A DNA stretch of 64,000 nucleotides from an uncultured Peptostreptococcaceae bacterium (GTDB lineage: Bacteria; Bacillota; Clostridia; Peptostreptococcales; Acidaminobacteraceae). The notes under the pieces are model-generated. The model saw only the letters and a program-made list of their open reading frames with translations, was not told the DNA's origin and ran no database searches. The first letter of the stretch is position 1. Each line of letters starts with the position of its first letter. The DNA lies in assembly GCA_964649745.1 (NCBI GenBank), contig CAZYQI010000013.1, positions 12,906 through 76,905 on the forward strand, in the 5' to 3' direction. Made by a program: the position numbers and the translations under genes. Below are positions 47,061 to 60,292 of the stretch, piece by piece.

Positions 47061-47741
47061 CTAAGATTGTCTGGGCGCCCTTCTGGGTCGGTTTGAACTT
47101 CCAGAATGCTGGGCCGCACTCTTATTCAGCGATATGACCACTTTTCTGAAAGGCTCGTCCCCTTCACTTCGTGTGCTGACATAAGAATTATTCTGCAGTG
47201 CGGAATGAATGATACGTCTCTCATAGGGATTCATTGGCTCAAGGGTGATGTCCTTGCGATATTGCTTTGCCTTATGAGCAAGCTTGTGAGCAAGTTTTAC
47301 CAGTGTTTCTTCCCTTTTCCCTCGGTAGTTTTCAGTATCAAGCATTACACGGATGTAATCCTCATGATCCTTGTTAACCACAAGGCTCACCAGGTATTGG
47401 AGGGAATCCAGTGTCTGTCCCCTCCGTCCGATCAATAGGGCCATATCTTTCCCTTCTATGGTCACATTGAGGGTTTTATCATCCATAACCGCCTTAATTT
47501 CCGCATCCAGATTCATTTTTTCAAAAACTTTTCCAAGGAAATCAACGGCTCGGGTCTCTGGATCTTCTTCGTTCACCGTTACCTTTACCTTAACTTCCTT
47601 GCTCTTGAAGATGCTGAATATCCCTTTTGAGGTATCTTCAAAAATCTCGATTTCAACTTTATCACGGGTGGTTTTCAACTGTACCAATGCCTGTGCTATT
47701 GCGTCCTCTGCATTTTTACCGATTATTTCAACGACTCTCAT
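47061..47741 (-). CDS. jag: RNA-binding protein Jag/KhpB (Jag_N, KH, R3H)
   Basis: 226 aa. The KH region is LLIGRRGQTLDSLQYL and the R3H region is EPMNPYERRIIHSAL. Its ATG overlaps the yidC stop (ATGA). Confidence 0.9.
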   Translation of the reverse strand: MRVVEIIGKNAEDAIAQALVQLKTTRDKVEIEIFEDTSKGIFSIFKSKEVKVKVTVNEEDPETRAVDFLGKVFEKMNLDAEIKAVMDDKTLNVTIEGKDMALLIGRRGQTLDSLQYLVSLVVNKDHEDYIRVMLDTENYRGKREETLVKLAHKLAHKAKQYRKDITLEPMNPYERRIIHSALQNNSYVSTRSEGDEPFRKVVISLNKSAAQHSGSSNRPRRAPRQS

Positions 47742-48457
47742 TTAACTTCTACCTCCTTTGTCAGCCGCGTCAACATCAGCTGCTGAACAATCTGGAACAG
47801 CGTACTCACGACCCAGTAGAGTGTGAGACCCGCTGACATCGTGATCCCGAAATACAGAATCATCAATGGCATCATTATCGTCATCGTGCGCATCGTGGGA
47901 TTATCCATCGACTGCCCACCGGTGTTCATGGTCTTTGTCTGCAAGTAGGTCAGTATTGCTGCAATGATGGGCAGGACTCCCGGCATGGTTTTGTAAAACT
48001 CTGAAGCCTGCATCAGATTGTACATCGTATCCGGTACGGTCAGGTTCTGCATCCAGAAAAAAGGCGTGCTGATTGCTGTTTTTCCCAATTCCCGTATCGC
48101 ATCATTGTTAAAAACATAAGTCATTGGTACACGCATGGCTTCATACATGCCCAAAAGGATTGGCATTTGCATCAATATAGGCAAACAGCTGGCAAATGGA
48201 TTAACCTTGTGTTCCTTGTAAAGCTCCATTGTCTTGATGTTCAATGTTTCTTTATCATTATGATACTTATCCTGAAGCTTCTTAAGCTCCGGCTGAATCT
48301 TCTGCATCTCTTTAGTCGCAAGAATCTGCTTATAGGTAAGTGGCATAAGGAGCAGTTTGATCAGAATGGTAAAGAGTACAATCGCTAATGCATAATTGCC
48401 TACTACACTGAAAATATATCCCAGCACCGGACCCATCAGTTCCGCAAATATCTTCAC
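47738..48457 (-). CDS. yidC: Membrane protein insertase YidC (short Gram-positive type)
   Basis: 239 aa with a GTG start after GGAGGA. It is multi-TM, with KMQKIQPELKKLQDKY and CLPILMQMPIL. Confidence 0.9.
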   Translation of the reverse strand: MKIFAELMGPVLGYIFSVVGNYALAIVLFTILIKLLLMPLTYKQILATKEMQKIQPELKKLQDKYHNDKETLNIKTMELYKEHKVNPFASCLPILMQMPILLGMYEAMRVPMTYVFNNDAIRELGKTAISTPFFWMQNLTVPDTMYNLMQASEFYKTMPGVLPIIAAILTYLQTKTMNTGGQSMDNPTMRTMTIMMPLMILYFGITMSAGLTLYWVVSTLFQIVQQLMLTRLTKEVEVK

Positions 48458-48481
48458 AATTTTCCTCCTAAATACATCCAG

Positions 48482-48694
48482 TTATTTTAAGGGATCATAT
48501 CCGCCAGGATTGAAAGGATTGCACCGCAAAAGCCGCCATATGGCTAGGGCAGTTCCTTTTACCGCTCCATATCGCGTCAGTGCCTGAAGGGCGTACTCTG
48601 AACAGGATGGATAGAATCGGCACGTGGGACCGCCTTTTAACGGCGACAAAACTACTCTATATATACGGATCAATAGGATAAGCAGATGCTTCAT
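48482..48694 (-). CDS. yidD: Membrane protein insertion efficiency factor YidD
   Basis: 70 aa, [28 protein letters not shown]... Confidence 0.95.
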   Translation of the reverse strand: MKHLLILLIRIYRVVLSPLKGGPTCRFYPSCSEYALQALTRYGAVKGTALAIWRLLRCNPFNPGGYDPLK

Positions 48695-49032
48695 TGCACA
48701 TCCTTCCTCACTTTGTTCAACACCTGGTTCATATGCTTTTCAGTGGTTTTAAAATCTGCCTGGTTCATCCGTACTCTTGCGATAAGGACCATATCCAGAC
48801 CGCTTTTCAGAGTAAGGGGCGTCAGCCGAAAGGCTTCTCTAATCAGTCTTTTTGCACGATTTCTTACAACACTGTTCCCTACTTTTTTACTCACGGAAAT
48901 TCCCAATCGGTTCTGACCGGTGCCGTTCCGCATAAAGTATAGAACAAGGTAAGGCGTGACAACGGATTTCCCCCTTGAATAAATCTTCTTGAAATCTTCG
49001 TTCTTCTTTAACTTCTCAGCCTGTTTCAACAT
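48691..49032 (-). CDS. rnpA: Ribonuclease P protein component
   Basis: ATG at 49032 ([23 protein letters not shown]...) with a GGAGAA RBS 3 nt upstream. The track start at 49071 is a TTG inside the rpmH terminator hairpin. The stop overlaps the yidD ATG. Confidence 0.9.
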   Translation of the reverse strand: MLKQAEKLKKNEDFKKIYSRGKSVVTPYLVLYFMRNGTGQNRLGISVSKKVGNSVVRNRAKRLIREAFRLTPLTLKSGLDMVLIARVRMNQADFKTTEKHMNQVLNKVRKDVQ

Positions 49033-49080
49033 GCTTCTCCGTTTTTTCAACGATTGTAAAAAAGACCACAATTTGCGGTC

Positions 49081-49218
49081 TTATGCGGTCAAAGCTTTTC
49101 TTCCTTTTCGACGGCGTGCTCTGAGAACATTCCGGCCTGATTTTGTTTTCATGCGTTTTCGGAAGCCATGCTCAACCTTACGTTGTCGCTTCTTTGGTTG
49201 ATAAGTACACTTATTCAT
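49081..49218 (-). CDS. rpmH: 50S ribosomal protein L34 (below the ORF-track size cut-off)
   Basis: Hand translation gives [45 protein letters not shown] (45 aa). Confidence 0.95.
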   Translation of the reverse strand: MNKCTYQPKKRQRKVEHGFRKRMKTKSGRNVLRARRRKGRKALTA

Positions 49219-49290
49219 TGTATTGAAACACCTCCTTAAATCAAGATTCTATTGAACAGTCATTGTTCGTCCTGAAAAGTCTGCTCTGTA

Positions 49291-49319
49291 ATTATAACTT
49301 CTCGCATACCCACTGTCAA
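49291..49319 (-). promoter_or_regulatory. Consensus sigma-A promoter of rpmH
   Basis: Minus strand reads TTGACA-17 nt-TATAAT. Both hexamers are perfect. Confidence 0.75.
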
Positions 49320-49414
49320 TAATAACTCACCCTGGCAAAACATTTCCTTTATAATGTATGATTCAATCCAAGAATTCAGAAAAGAAAAAGCGAGTTTTTT
49401 CAAGCAATAAAGCC

Positions 49415-49730
49415 TGTGGATAATTTATTCTACTTCAATTGAATTTGCACCTCTATTCTGCTATGATAGTACCATGCCTGTGGATAATATCTCTAATCCT
49501 ATGATTTAACATAAACGAACGGACAATGTGGATAGAGATGTGGATATCCACATTTTTTAACCCAATGTGTGTCCTAATTGGCTGACTTGCCTGCATAGGT
49601 TAAGGGTCAGTTTCTTTCTGTTGATAACTGGATTCGGGGATTTATTGTCTTTATTCTTCACCACCCGGTCTTCTGAATAAGGGATCGTTTTTTAATATTA
49701 TCAACACTATTACTCATCTCCTGTGGATAA
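49415..49730. other. oriC, upstream DnaA-box cluster (rpmH-dnaA spacer)
   Basis: TGTGGATAA at 49415, 49479 and 49722 (perfect). TGTGGATAG at 49527. The head-to-head pair TGTGGATATCCACA is at 49539-49552. TTATCAACA is at 49698. Confidence 0.9.
49439..49467 (+). promoter_or_regulatory. Putative dnaA promoter flanked by DnaA boxes
   Basis: TTGAAT-17 nt-TATGAT, bracketed by the perfect boxes at 49415-49423 and 49479-49487. Confidence 0.5.
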
Positions 49731-49756
49731 ACAGGTGAACTGTAGGAGGGCCCGTT

Positions 49757-51085
49757 TTGAGCAGCACCATTCATGATATCTGGGAAAGAGCCTTAAAAAT
49801 TATTCATGCCGAATTGCCCGAAGTCAGCTACAACACATGGCTTAAAACCCTTGAGCCGTTTTCCATTCAGGATGACCTCTTTATCCTTACTGTTCCCAAC
49901 AGCTTCAACAAGGATATTCTGGAATCCCGATACACGGGGCTCATCATCAATGCCTTAAAACAGGCAACCTCGAAAAACTATCGTGTGGAACTCATCCTGC
50001 CCTCCAGTGCTCAAGACTACATAGACGCCGCTGCCATGGTCAACAATTCGGATTTTGAGCCCCCTCAGCTCAATCCAAAGTATGTGTTCAATGAATTTGT
50101 TATAGGAAACAGCAATCGTCTGGCTCATGCAGCCTCGTTGGCTGTATCGGAATCACCGGCAAAAGCATACAACCCTCTTTTCATTTATGGGGGAGTAGGG
50201 CTGGGAAAAACTCACCTTATGCATGCCATTGGCCACTATGTACTCAACAACAACGCCAATGCGAAGGTGGTATACGTTTCCTCCGAAAAATTCACCAATG
50301 AGCTGATCAACTCCATTAAAGATGATAAAAATGAAGAATTCCGTAACAAATACAGGACTGTGGATGTCCTTATGGTGGATGATATCCAGTTTATTGCCGG
50401 CAAAGAACGTACCCAGGAAGAATTTTTCCATACCTTTAATGCGCTCTATGAAGCAAATAAACAGATTATTCTTTCCAGTGACCGCCCTCCCCGAGATATC
50501 CCCACATTGGAGGATCGCCTCCGTTCCCGTTTTGAATGGGGTCTTATCACGGATATTCAGGTTCCTGATTTTGAAACACGGATTGCTATTTTGAGGAAAA
50601 AAGCAGAAACCGAAAAAATTGAGCTTCCTAACGATCTTCTTCACTTTGTCGCCAAGAAAATCAAATCAAATATCCGAGAGCTGGAAGGGGCATTGAACCG
50701 CATTATCGCCTACTCGTCCCTTACGAATCAGGATATAAGCATTGAATTGGCGTCCGAAGCACTTAAAGACATCATTTCAAACAGTGCTCCCAAGCAACTG
50801 AGTGCTACTATTATAAAGGAAGTTGTTGCTCAGTACTTCAATATCAACGTCCGCGAATTTGATTCAAAGCGCAGATCCCGTTCTATTTCTTATCCCCGCC
50901 AGATTGCCATGTTTCTTTGCCGGGAGCTGACCGACATGTCTCTTCCGAGAATCGGTGAAGAATTTGGGGGTAGAGATCATACCACCGTCATTCATGCCTA
51001 TGACAAAATTACCAACGATATCAATGCTTCTGACGATTTTAGAAAACGTGTTGAAAAAATAAAGAAAGACATTCAGGGAGATTAA
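49757..51085 (+). CDS. dnaA: Chromosomal replication initiator protein DnaA
   Basis: 442 aa with a TTG start after GGAGGG. Motifs are [20 protein letters not shown] and, in domain [14 protein letters not shown]...[16 protein letters not shown]. Confidence 0.98.
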   Translation: MSSTIHDIWERALKIIHAELPEVSYNTWLKTLEPFSIQDDLFILTVPNSFNKDILESRYTGLIINALKQATSKNYRVELILPSSAQDYIDAAAMVNNSDFEPPQLNPKYVFNEFVIGNSNRLAHAASLAVSESPAKAYNPLFIYGGVGLGKTHLMHAIGHYVLNNNANAKVVYVSSEKFTNELINSIKDDKNEEFRNKYRTVDVLMVDDIQFIAGKERTQEEFFHTFNALYEANKQIILSSDRPPRDIPTLEDRLRSRFEWGLITDIQVPDFETRIAILRKKAETEKIELPNDLLHFVAKKIKSNIRELEGALNRIIAYSSLTNQDISIELASEALKDIISNSAPKQLSATIIKEVVAQYFNINVREFDSKRRSRSISYPRQIAMFLCRELTDMSLPRIGEEFGGRDHTTVIHAYDKITNDINASDDFRKRVEKIKKDIQGD

Positions 51086-51096
51086 TCACAATTTCC

Positions 51097-51295
51097 TGTT
51101 AATAACTTGCACTGCCGCCTGTTGATAACTTATCACCCAGGGCCTTGTGGATAAGTATCCTTCCGCCGCACACATTATCAACAGGCCCGTCAACATACCA
51201 ACCCATCTTGCACCAAAGGCTCCGCTTAGTTATGAACAAATCAACAGCCCCTACTACTATTATTACTAAATAATTAAAGAATATATATAGTACCA
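51097..51295. other. oriC, downstream part (dnaA-dnaN spacer): DnaA boxes, GC cluster, DnaA-trio-like repeats, AT-rich unwinding element
   Basis: TGTTGATAA at 51120, TGTGGATAA at 51146 and TTATCAACA at 51175. Degenerate TTATGAACA/AAATCAACA at 51230-51246. GCCCC follows, then TAC TAC TAT TAT TAC TAA (51252-51269). Then comes a run that is almost entirely A/T (one G) to about 51290. Confidence 0.85.
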
Positions 51296-51319
51296 ACATC
51301 GTCCGAACGGAGGGATACA

Positions 51320-52426
51320 ATGAAATTCTCATGCAATCAACGGGATTTGACAGAAGGTCTCAATAGTGTTCAGAAGGCGGTATCCGTTAAAACCACATTA
51401 CCCATTCTTAAGGGCATACTTATCGAAACGGCCGGTGAATTTCTAAAACTCACCGGCAACGACCTTAACTTAGGAATTGAAGCCCGGATCCCTGCCATGA
51501 TTGAAGAACATGGTTCTGTTGTTGTTTCTTCGCGGATATTTGGAGAAATTGTCCGTAAACTCCCGGAGACACGTCTTAATTTCACAGTTGACGAATCGCA
51601 TCAGGTTTCTATAGATTGCGAACATTCCAGCTTTAACCTGTTAGGACAGTCCGGAGTTGAATTTCCTGAACTTCCTCAGGTGGAGGATTCAGAATCCTTT
51701 ACATTGGGTCAAGAGTTATTCAGAAGCATGATCAGACAAACCATATTCGCCATATCTCAGGATGAAGCAAGACCCATACTTACCGGTGTGCTTGTGGAAG
51801 CAGAAAAGGGAGAAATGTCTATGGTGGCCATCGATGGCTATCGATTGGCACTGCGAAAGGCTGAAATAGATCCATCCATAACGAAAAGAGCTGTCATTCC
51901 GGGGAAGACACTCTCTGAACTCAGCCGGCTGATGACAGGGGAAAATGATGAACAAGTAAAAATATCTATGTCTGAGAGACACATATTGTTTGAAATTGAT
52001 GACATACGGATTGTATCCAGACTTCTTGAGGGCGAATTCATCAAATATGGACAGATCATACCAAAGGAAAAAAAATCCCTGATTGTTACCAATGTTACAG
52101 ATTTAACCAATGCCATTGAGAGGGCCTCCCTCATGGCCAGAGAAGGCAAGAACAGCTCCGTAAGATTCACCATCAAGGATGATCTTATGACCATACGCTC
52201 CAATGTAGAAATTGGAAGTGTCAGGGAAGAATTGAGGATTGAACTGGAAGGTGAGGACATCGAAATAGGGTTTAATCCAAGATACATGCTGGATGCCCTG
52301 AAAATAATGGAAAGTGATTCGGTGGTTCTTGAAATGACCACGCCGGTCAGTCCTTGCATCATGAAGCCAGTAGATTCAGATTCGTACCTGTACCTTGTTT
52401 TGCCGGTACGCATGCCCAACAGTTAA
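51320..52426 (+). CDS. dnaN: DNA polymerase III beta sliding clamp
   Basis: 368 aa, MKFSCNQRDLTEGLNSVQKAVSVKTTLPILKGILIE... Confidence 0.97.
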   Translation: MKFSCNQRDLTEGLNSVQKAVSVKTTLPILKGILIETAGEFLKLTGNDLNLGIEARIPAMIEEHGSVVVSSRIFGEIVRKLPETRLNFTVDESHQVSIDCEHSSFNLLGQSGVEFPELPQVEDSESFTLGQELFRSMIRQTIFAISQDEARPILTGVLVEAEKGEMSMVAIDGYRLALRKAEIDPSITKRAVIPGKTLSELSRLMTGENDEQVKISMSERHILFEIDDIRIVSRLLEGEFIKYGQIIPKEKKSLIVTNVTDLTNAIERASLMAREGKNSSVRFTIKDDLMTIRSNVEIGSVREELRIELEGEDIEIGFNPRYMLDALKIMESDSVVLEMTTPVSPCIMKPVDSDSYLYLVLPVRMPNS

Positions 52427-52452
52427 CGCTAAATAATCAGTTTGAACTGAAC

Positions 52453-52493
52453 AATCAAGGCTTTCCGATTGAGAAAGCCTTGATTTTCCCTTT
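52453..52493 (+). terminator. Hairpin/attenuator after dnaN
   Basis: AATCAAGGCTTTC-N7-GAAAGCCTTGATT followed by TTCCCTTTG. Confidence 0.55.
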
Positions 52494-52512
52494 GTTGTGT
52501 GGAGGAAAAAAG

Positions 52513-52740
52513 ATGTCTAAACAAAAGGTTACCCTGAGCACCCCTTTTATAAAATTGGATCAATTGCTTAAATACGCCAGTGTTACGAGCAGTGGAGGAG
52601 AGGCCAGTTATTTTATTTCAGAAGGATTCATCTCTTTGGATGGCGTGAAGGAAATGCAGAGGGGCAAAAAGATAAGGCCAGGCATGACGGTAACGTGCAA
52701 TATTCCCGGAAATGAAGAAATAATTATAACTGTTGAGTAA
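52513..52740 (+). CDS. yaaA: S4-domain RNA-binding protein YaaA
   Basis: ATG at 52513 after GGAGGA (MSKQKVTLSTPFIKLDQLLKYASVTSSGGEASYFISEGFISLDG). The track ORF is extended upstream into dnaN. Confidence 0.85.
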   Translation: MSKQKVTLSTPFIKLDQLLKYASVTSSGGEASYFISEGFISLDGVKEMQRGKKIRPGMTVTCNIPGNEEIIITVE

Positions 52741-52761
52741 AAAGAGGGCCGCAAAACCGAT

Positions 52762-55789
<3,028 letters not shown>

Positions 55790-55800
55790 GGGGTGATAAA

Positions 55801-58263
55801 GTGCAGGATGAACGCGTAATAGATATTGATATAAGAGACGAGATGAAACGCTCGTATATAGATTATGCCATGAGTGTCATTGTCAGCCGAGCGCTTCCGG
55901 ATGTCAGAGATGGTCTTAAGCCCGTACACAGGCGTATTCTTTATGCCATGCATGACCTTGGGTTTACCCATGACAAGCAGCATCGGAAATCTGCCCGTAT
56001 CGTCGGTGAAGTTCTTGGTAAATACCATCCCCACGGCGACAGCTCGGTTTATAATGCCATGGTTCGTATGGCGCAGCCCTTTTCCCTGCGTCATACGATG
56101 ATCGACGGTCATGGAAACTTCGGTTCCATTGACGGGGACAGTGCAGCAGCCATGCGTTATACGGAAGCCCGTATGACCCCTCTGACAGCTGAGCTTTTGA
56201 AGGATATTGACAAAGAAACGGTGGACTGGACATCCAACTTTGATGATACCCTGAAGGAACCTATGGTTCTTCCTGCGCGATTCCCGTATCTTCTGGTCAA
56301 TGGATCCAGTGGTATCGCTGTAGGCATGGCCACCTCCATACCGCCCCATAACCTGGGCAATGTCGTGGACACCATCGTCTGTCTGATTGATAATCCTGAA
56401 GCCACCGTGGATGATATGATCTTGAAAATCCAGGCACCTGACTTTCCAACCGGTGCTGAAATACTTGGCAGGCATAGCTATACCCAGGCGTATCGAACCG
56501 GCAGAGGCCGCGTCATCATTCGATCTGTGGCCACTATGGAAGAAATTGGCCGAGGGAAAATGGCCATCATCATCTCCGAAATTCCATACATGGTTAATAA
56601 ATCTAAAATGCTGGAAGACATCGCAGATCTGGTCCGCGATAAGAAACTGGATGGAATTACGGATCTCAGGGATGAGAGTAACCGTGAAGGAATACGGGTG
56701 GTCATCGAACTGAGAAAAGACGTGAACCCCAGCGTGATGCTGAACCAGCTGTATAAGCATACGCAGCTTCAGGATTCCTTCGGCATCAATATGATCAGCC
56801 TTGTGGATGGGCAGCCCCGGCTCCTGAACCTCCGGGAAATGGTCTATGAATATCTTCAGCATCAGAAAATAGTTGAAACCCGAAGGGTGACCTTCGATCT
56901 CAATAAAGCACTGGATCGGGCCCATATCCTCGAAGGTCTTAAAATCGCATTGGATAACATCGACGAGGTCATCCGAATCATCCGAAGTGCCTACAATGAT
57001 GCGGAAGCAAGACTGATGGAGCGTTTCGGGCTGTCGGATGTCCAGGCGAAGTCCATCGTCGATATGCGTCTACGCCGTTTGCAGGGATTGGAACGGGAAA
57101 AGATCGAACAGGAGCTCAATGCGGTCATGGCATTCATCGGTGAGCTGAGAAACATACTGGCTGATGAGACCCTTCTCATGGGAATCATCCGGGATGATCT
57201 TATCCGTATCAAGACCAATTACGCGGATGAACGCAGATCCAAGATTACCTTCGATTATGATGAAATTGAAATCGAAGATATGATTGAAAAGCATGAAGTG
57301 ACCATAACCCTTACCCATCACGGCTATATTAAACGGGTTCCGGTGAGCACCTATCAGATCCAGAAGCGCGGAGGAAGAGGCAAGACAGGTCTTACAACCC
57401 GCGAAGAGGATTTTGTGGAACATATCTTCACCACAGGGACCCATGATACGCTGCTGTGCTTCTCCAACAAAGGGAAGGTTTATCAGCTGAAGGCCTACCA
57501 GGTACCGGAGGCAGGAAGGATTGCCAAGGGAACTCCCATTGTCAATCTGCTGCCCTTGGATCAGGAGGAGTGCATCACAGCCATTATTCCGATTACAGGC
57601 TTCAACGAAGGATACTTGATCATGGCAACCCGGGAAGGGGTTATCAAGAAATCGGAGCTGTCCAAGTTCGATACCTCCCGAAAGACCGGAATCATCGCGG
57701 TGAACCTCAATGAAGGGGATGAGCTGATCAATGTCCGTCTGACAACAGGAAATGATGAAATCATGCTTGTGACCCGTAATGGGAAATCAATCCGGTTCAA
57801 GGAATCGGATGTCAGGGATATGGGAAGACTGGCCACCGGAGTTCGCGGCATTCAGCTTGAACCGGATGACAGCGTAGTTGCCCTGGAGCTTGTTCAAGAG
57901 GGCGGAAAACTTCTGGTTATCAGCGAAAATGGCTATGGAAAGCGGACGAAGCTTGAAGAATACCGTATCCAGACCAGGGGCGGAAAGGGAATCCTAACCT
58001 ACCAGATAACCGAAAAGACCGGTCAACTGTGCGGAGCACGGGTTGTTCAGGATGATGATGATATCCTGCTGATCAATTCAGAGAGCATTATCATTCGAAT
58101 CCGCGTCAACGAGATATCCGTTTCAGGACGTTCCACCAGCGGTGTCCGACTGATGCGTCTGGAAAACGAAGGCAGGATCGTTTCGGTCGCCAAGGTGGTA
58201 GACAAGGAAGAGGATTCGGACGAGGAAGAAGGGAACGAGTCAGTAGAGAAAACAGAATTGTAA
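55801..58263 (+). CDS. gyrA: DNA gyrase subunit A
   Basis: 820 aa with a GTG start, [34 protein letters not shown]. The QRDR reads HPHGDSSVY. The C-terminal tail is acidic. Confidence 0.98.
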   Translation: MQDERVIDIDIRDEMKRSYIDYAMSVIVSRALPDVRDGLKPVHRRILYAMHDLGFTHDKQHRKSARIVGEVLGKYHPHGDSSVYNAMVRMAQPFSLRHTMIDGHGNFGSIDGDSAAAMRYTEARMTPLTAELLKDIDKETVDWTSNFDDTLKEPMVLPARFPYLLVNGSSGIAVGMATSIPPHNLGNVVDTIVCLIDNPEATVDDMILKIQAPDFPTGAEILGRHSYTQAYRTGRGRVIIRSVATMEEIGRGKMAIIISEIPYMVNKSKMLEDIADLVRDKKLDGITDLRDESNREGIRVVIELRKDVNPSVMLNQLYKHTQLQDSFGINMISLVDGQPRLLNLREMVYEYLQHQKIVETRRVTFDLNKALDRAHILEGLKIALDNIDEVIRIIRSAYNDAEARLMERFGLSDVQAKSIVDMRLRRLQGLEREKIEQELNAVMAFIGELRNILADETLLMGIIRDDLIRIKTNYADERRSKITFDYDEIEIEDMIEKHEVTITLTHHGYIKRVPVSTYQIQKRGGRGKTGLTTREEDFVEHIFTTGTHDTLLCFSNKGKVYQLKAYQVPEAGRIAKGTPIVNLLPLDQEECITAIIPITGFNEGYLIMATREGVIKKSELSKFDTSRKTGIIAVNLNEGDELINVRLTTGNDEIMLVTRNGKSIRFKESDVRDMGRLATGVRGIQLEPDDSVVALELVQEGGKLLVISENGYGKRTKLEEYRIQTRGGKGILTYQITEKTGQLCGARVVQDDDDILLINSESIIIRIRVNEISVSGRSTSGVRLMRLENEGRIVSVAKVVDKEEDSDEEEGNESVEKTEL

Positions 58264-58294
58264 GGCACTCAACGGAGCTGTCAGATTGTTGAAA

Positions 58295-58345
58295 AACCCG
58301 GAAACGCGATACCTTTTAGGATTGTCGCGGTTCCGGGTTTTATTG
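58295..58345 (+). terminator. Rho-independent terminator after gyrA
   Basis: AACCCGGAAACGCGA ... TCGCGGTTCCGGGTT (one mismatch) followed by TTTATTG. Confidence 0.75.
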
Positions 58346-58438
58346 ATTGACGAAACGGAAGGAAATCGATATATTTATATTGATAAAAAAATAGCGAATT
58401 ATTTCTGTGAGTTTGACCTCGAAAGGATTGGGCTGCCT

Positions 58439-59107
58439 ATGCAAAGACACAATGAAAAGGAAGTCGGGGTTCCAATGTCTATTCAAGCTCTGCGACGGCT
58501 TCCCCAGTATTACAGTTACCTGAAGCTGCTGTGTGACGAGGGAGTGGAAAAGGTGTCTGCTCCTGCCATTGCCAAACGGATGGGCCTTAACGAAGTTCAG
58601 GTGCGCAAGGATCTTTCAGCAGTCAGCAAAAGTGGCGGAACACCACGAACAGGATTTAACCTAACCGAATTGGTTCGTGATATTGGACATTATCTGGGGT
58701 ACGACAATGCACAGGATGCCGTGCTGGTAGGAGCCGGATATCTGGGATCAGCGCTTATGTCATATGAAGGGTTTAAAGAGTATGGTGTCCGCATTGTCGC
58801 AGCGTTTGACAATCAGGATGACTGCGTTGGAAAGAAAAATTTCGGTAATAAGATTTACCCGATGGAAAAGCTCCCGAATCTCTGCCGACGTTTGAGCATT
58901 CGAATTGGTATCATTACTGTTCCCAGCTCCAGCGCTCAGATGGCGTGTGACGCATTGACGGAAAGCGGTATAAAGGTGATATGGAATTTTGCACCGGTTC
59001 ACCTGACGGTTGGTAAGGATATCTATGTCCACAATGAAAACATGGCGGGTTCACTGGCCTTGCTGTCACAGCATCTGGCAAGGGTGGAGGGAGTTGTCGG
59101 CACGTGA
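58439..59107 (+). CDS. rex: Redox-sensing transcriptional repressor Rex
   Basis: I favour the ATG at 58439 (MQRHNEKEVGVPMSIQALRRLPQYYSYL...); ATG 58475 is an alternative. The Rossmann motif is VGAGYLGSAL. The track ORF start at 58286 lies in the gyrA terminator. Confidence 0.85.
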   Translation: MQRHNEKEVGVPMSIQALRRLPQYYSYLKLLCDEGVEKVSAPAIAKRMGLNEVQVRKDLSAVSKSGGTPRTGFNLTELVRDIGHYLGYDNAQDAVLVGAGYLGSALMSYEGFKEYGVRIVAAFDNQDDCVGKKNFGNKIYPMEKLPNLCRRLSIRIGIITVPSSSAQMACDALTESGIKVIWNFAPVHLTVGKDIYVHNENMAGSLALLSQHLARVEGVVGT

Positions 59108-60027
59108 ATATACAGCAGATGCGCTATGTTTTAGAGGTTGAAAAGACGGGTTCTATTTCCCAGGCGGCCGAAAACCTGTTCATGGGGCAACCTAACCTGA
59201 GCAAGTCCATTAAAGAACTGGAACTGTCTCTTGGCATACGGATTTTTAAACGAACCTCCAGAGGGGTAAGCGCCACCGTCAGTGGAGAGAAATTCATCGG
59301 TGAAATCAAACGGATTATGGAGCAGATTGAAGCTGTTGAAACCTGTTATAGCCTCAAATCAAACGGTATCCAGCGTCTTTCGGTTTCTGTTCCCCATTGC
59401 TGGCGCTTCGCAAATGCTTTTTCTGCTTTTGTAAGAGGATTGGACGCTGGGCAGGAGATGGAGCTTTCTTTCAGAGAAACCGATTCGTTTAAAGCGATCA
59501 GCAACGTTGTTGAGGATGGGCGGCACATTGGAATCATTCGTTATCCCGTCCAGTGCGAGGCCTATTTCATGCAGCTGTTAGCAGAAAAAAGTCTCCAATA
59601 CCAGGTTTTGCAGGAATTTGAAAGCCGCATTTTAATGTCTCGTTCCAATCCCTTGGCAGAGAGAGAATGGATTGAAATGGGGGACTTGGAATCATTGATT
59701 GAGGTATCCTACGGTGGCTGCGTCATGTCGAATCCGTCGATTAAGGGGCAATGCAGGCTTTGCGGTTCTGTTAACGGTAAAAAGATCCGCGTTTTCGATA
59801 GAAGCAGCCAGATTGAGCTGCTGATGGGAAATTCAGACACATTCATGTGGTCAGCATTCGTTCCCCCAGAGATACTGGCCCAAAATAATCTGGTGCAAAA
59901 GTCCTGCCGCGACTTAGAGAATCGTTGCAAAGACGTACTAATCTTTCCACGGGGCTATTTAACCAATAGTCTGGAAGATTCTTTTTTGAAAGTACTCAAT
60001 CAAGAAGTAACCAAGACAAAGATGTGA
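59104..60027 (+). CDS. LysR-family transcriptional regulator
   Basis: 307 aa. The GTG start overlaps the rex stop (GTGA). The HTH is MRYVLEVEKTGSISQAAENLFMGQPNLSKSIKELE. Confidence 0.85.
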   Translation: MNIQQMRYVLEVEKTGSISQAAENLFMGQPNLSKSIKELELSLGIRIFKRTSRGVSATVSGEKFIGEIKRIMEQIEAVETCYSLKSNGIQRLSVSVPHCWRFANAFSAFVRGLDAGQEMELSFRETDSFKAISNVVEDGRHIGIIRYPVQCEAYFMQLLAEKSLQYQVLQEFESRILMSRSNPLAEREWIEMGDLESLIEVSYGGCVMSNPSIKGQCRLCGSVNGKKIRVFDRSSQIELLMGNSDTFMWSAFVPPEILAQNNLVQKSCRDLENRCKDVLIFPRGYLTNSLEDSFLKVLNQEVTKTKM

Positions 60028-60034
60028 TAAGTAA

Positions 60035-60080
60035 AATAGCGCCTCAAGCGGAGTTTCATCGTTTGAGGCGCTATTCTTTC
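60035..60080 (+). terminator. Rho-independent terminator after the LysR-type gene
   Basis: AATAGCGCCTCAA-N15-TTGAGGCGCTATT followed by CTTTC. Confidence 0.7.
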
Positions 60081-60100
60081 AAATGCTCGTAATATGTGGA

Positions 60101-60140
60101 TTTATCGATATTGATATATCGATAAATATATATCGATATT
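60101..60140. repeat. Three TATCGATA palindromes phased at 14 bp
   Basis: TATCGATA occurs at 60103-60110, 60117-60124 and 60131-60138. The first two form the larger inverted repeat TTTATCGATAT-N4-ATATCGATAAA. Confidence 0.7.
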
Positions 60141-60292
60141 AAAAATATACATTATACATAATACAGGTGCATGAATAGACTGATCTTAGGAGTGTCAAAA
60201 GATTGAGAAGAATACAAGAAACAGAAGGTGCGGTCAATTCGGCGAATTCATGCGTATGAGCAGTCAATTTTTAAGCGAAGGGAGTAAGTGCA

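Noticed and set aside
51099-51332. A 77-aa minus-strand ORF in the dnaA-dnaN spacer.
   Set aside because: It covers the DnaA boxes and the AT-rich unwinding element of oriC. It has no RBS, and the region is non-coding in all characterised Firmicutes origins.
58286-58438. The N-terminal 51-aa extension of the rex ORF in the track.
   Set aside because: It starts inside the gyrA terminator hairpin. The extension has no similarity to Rex N-termini, which begin just before the RLPxYY motif.
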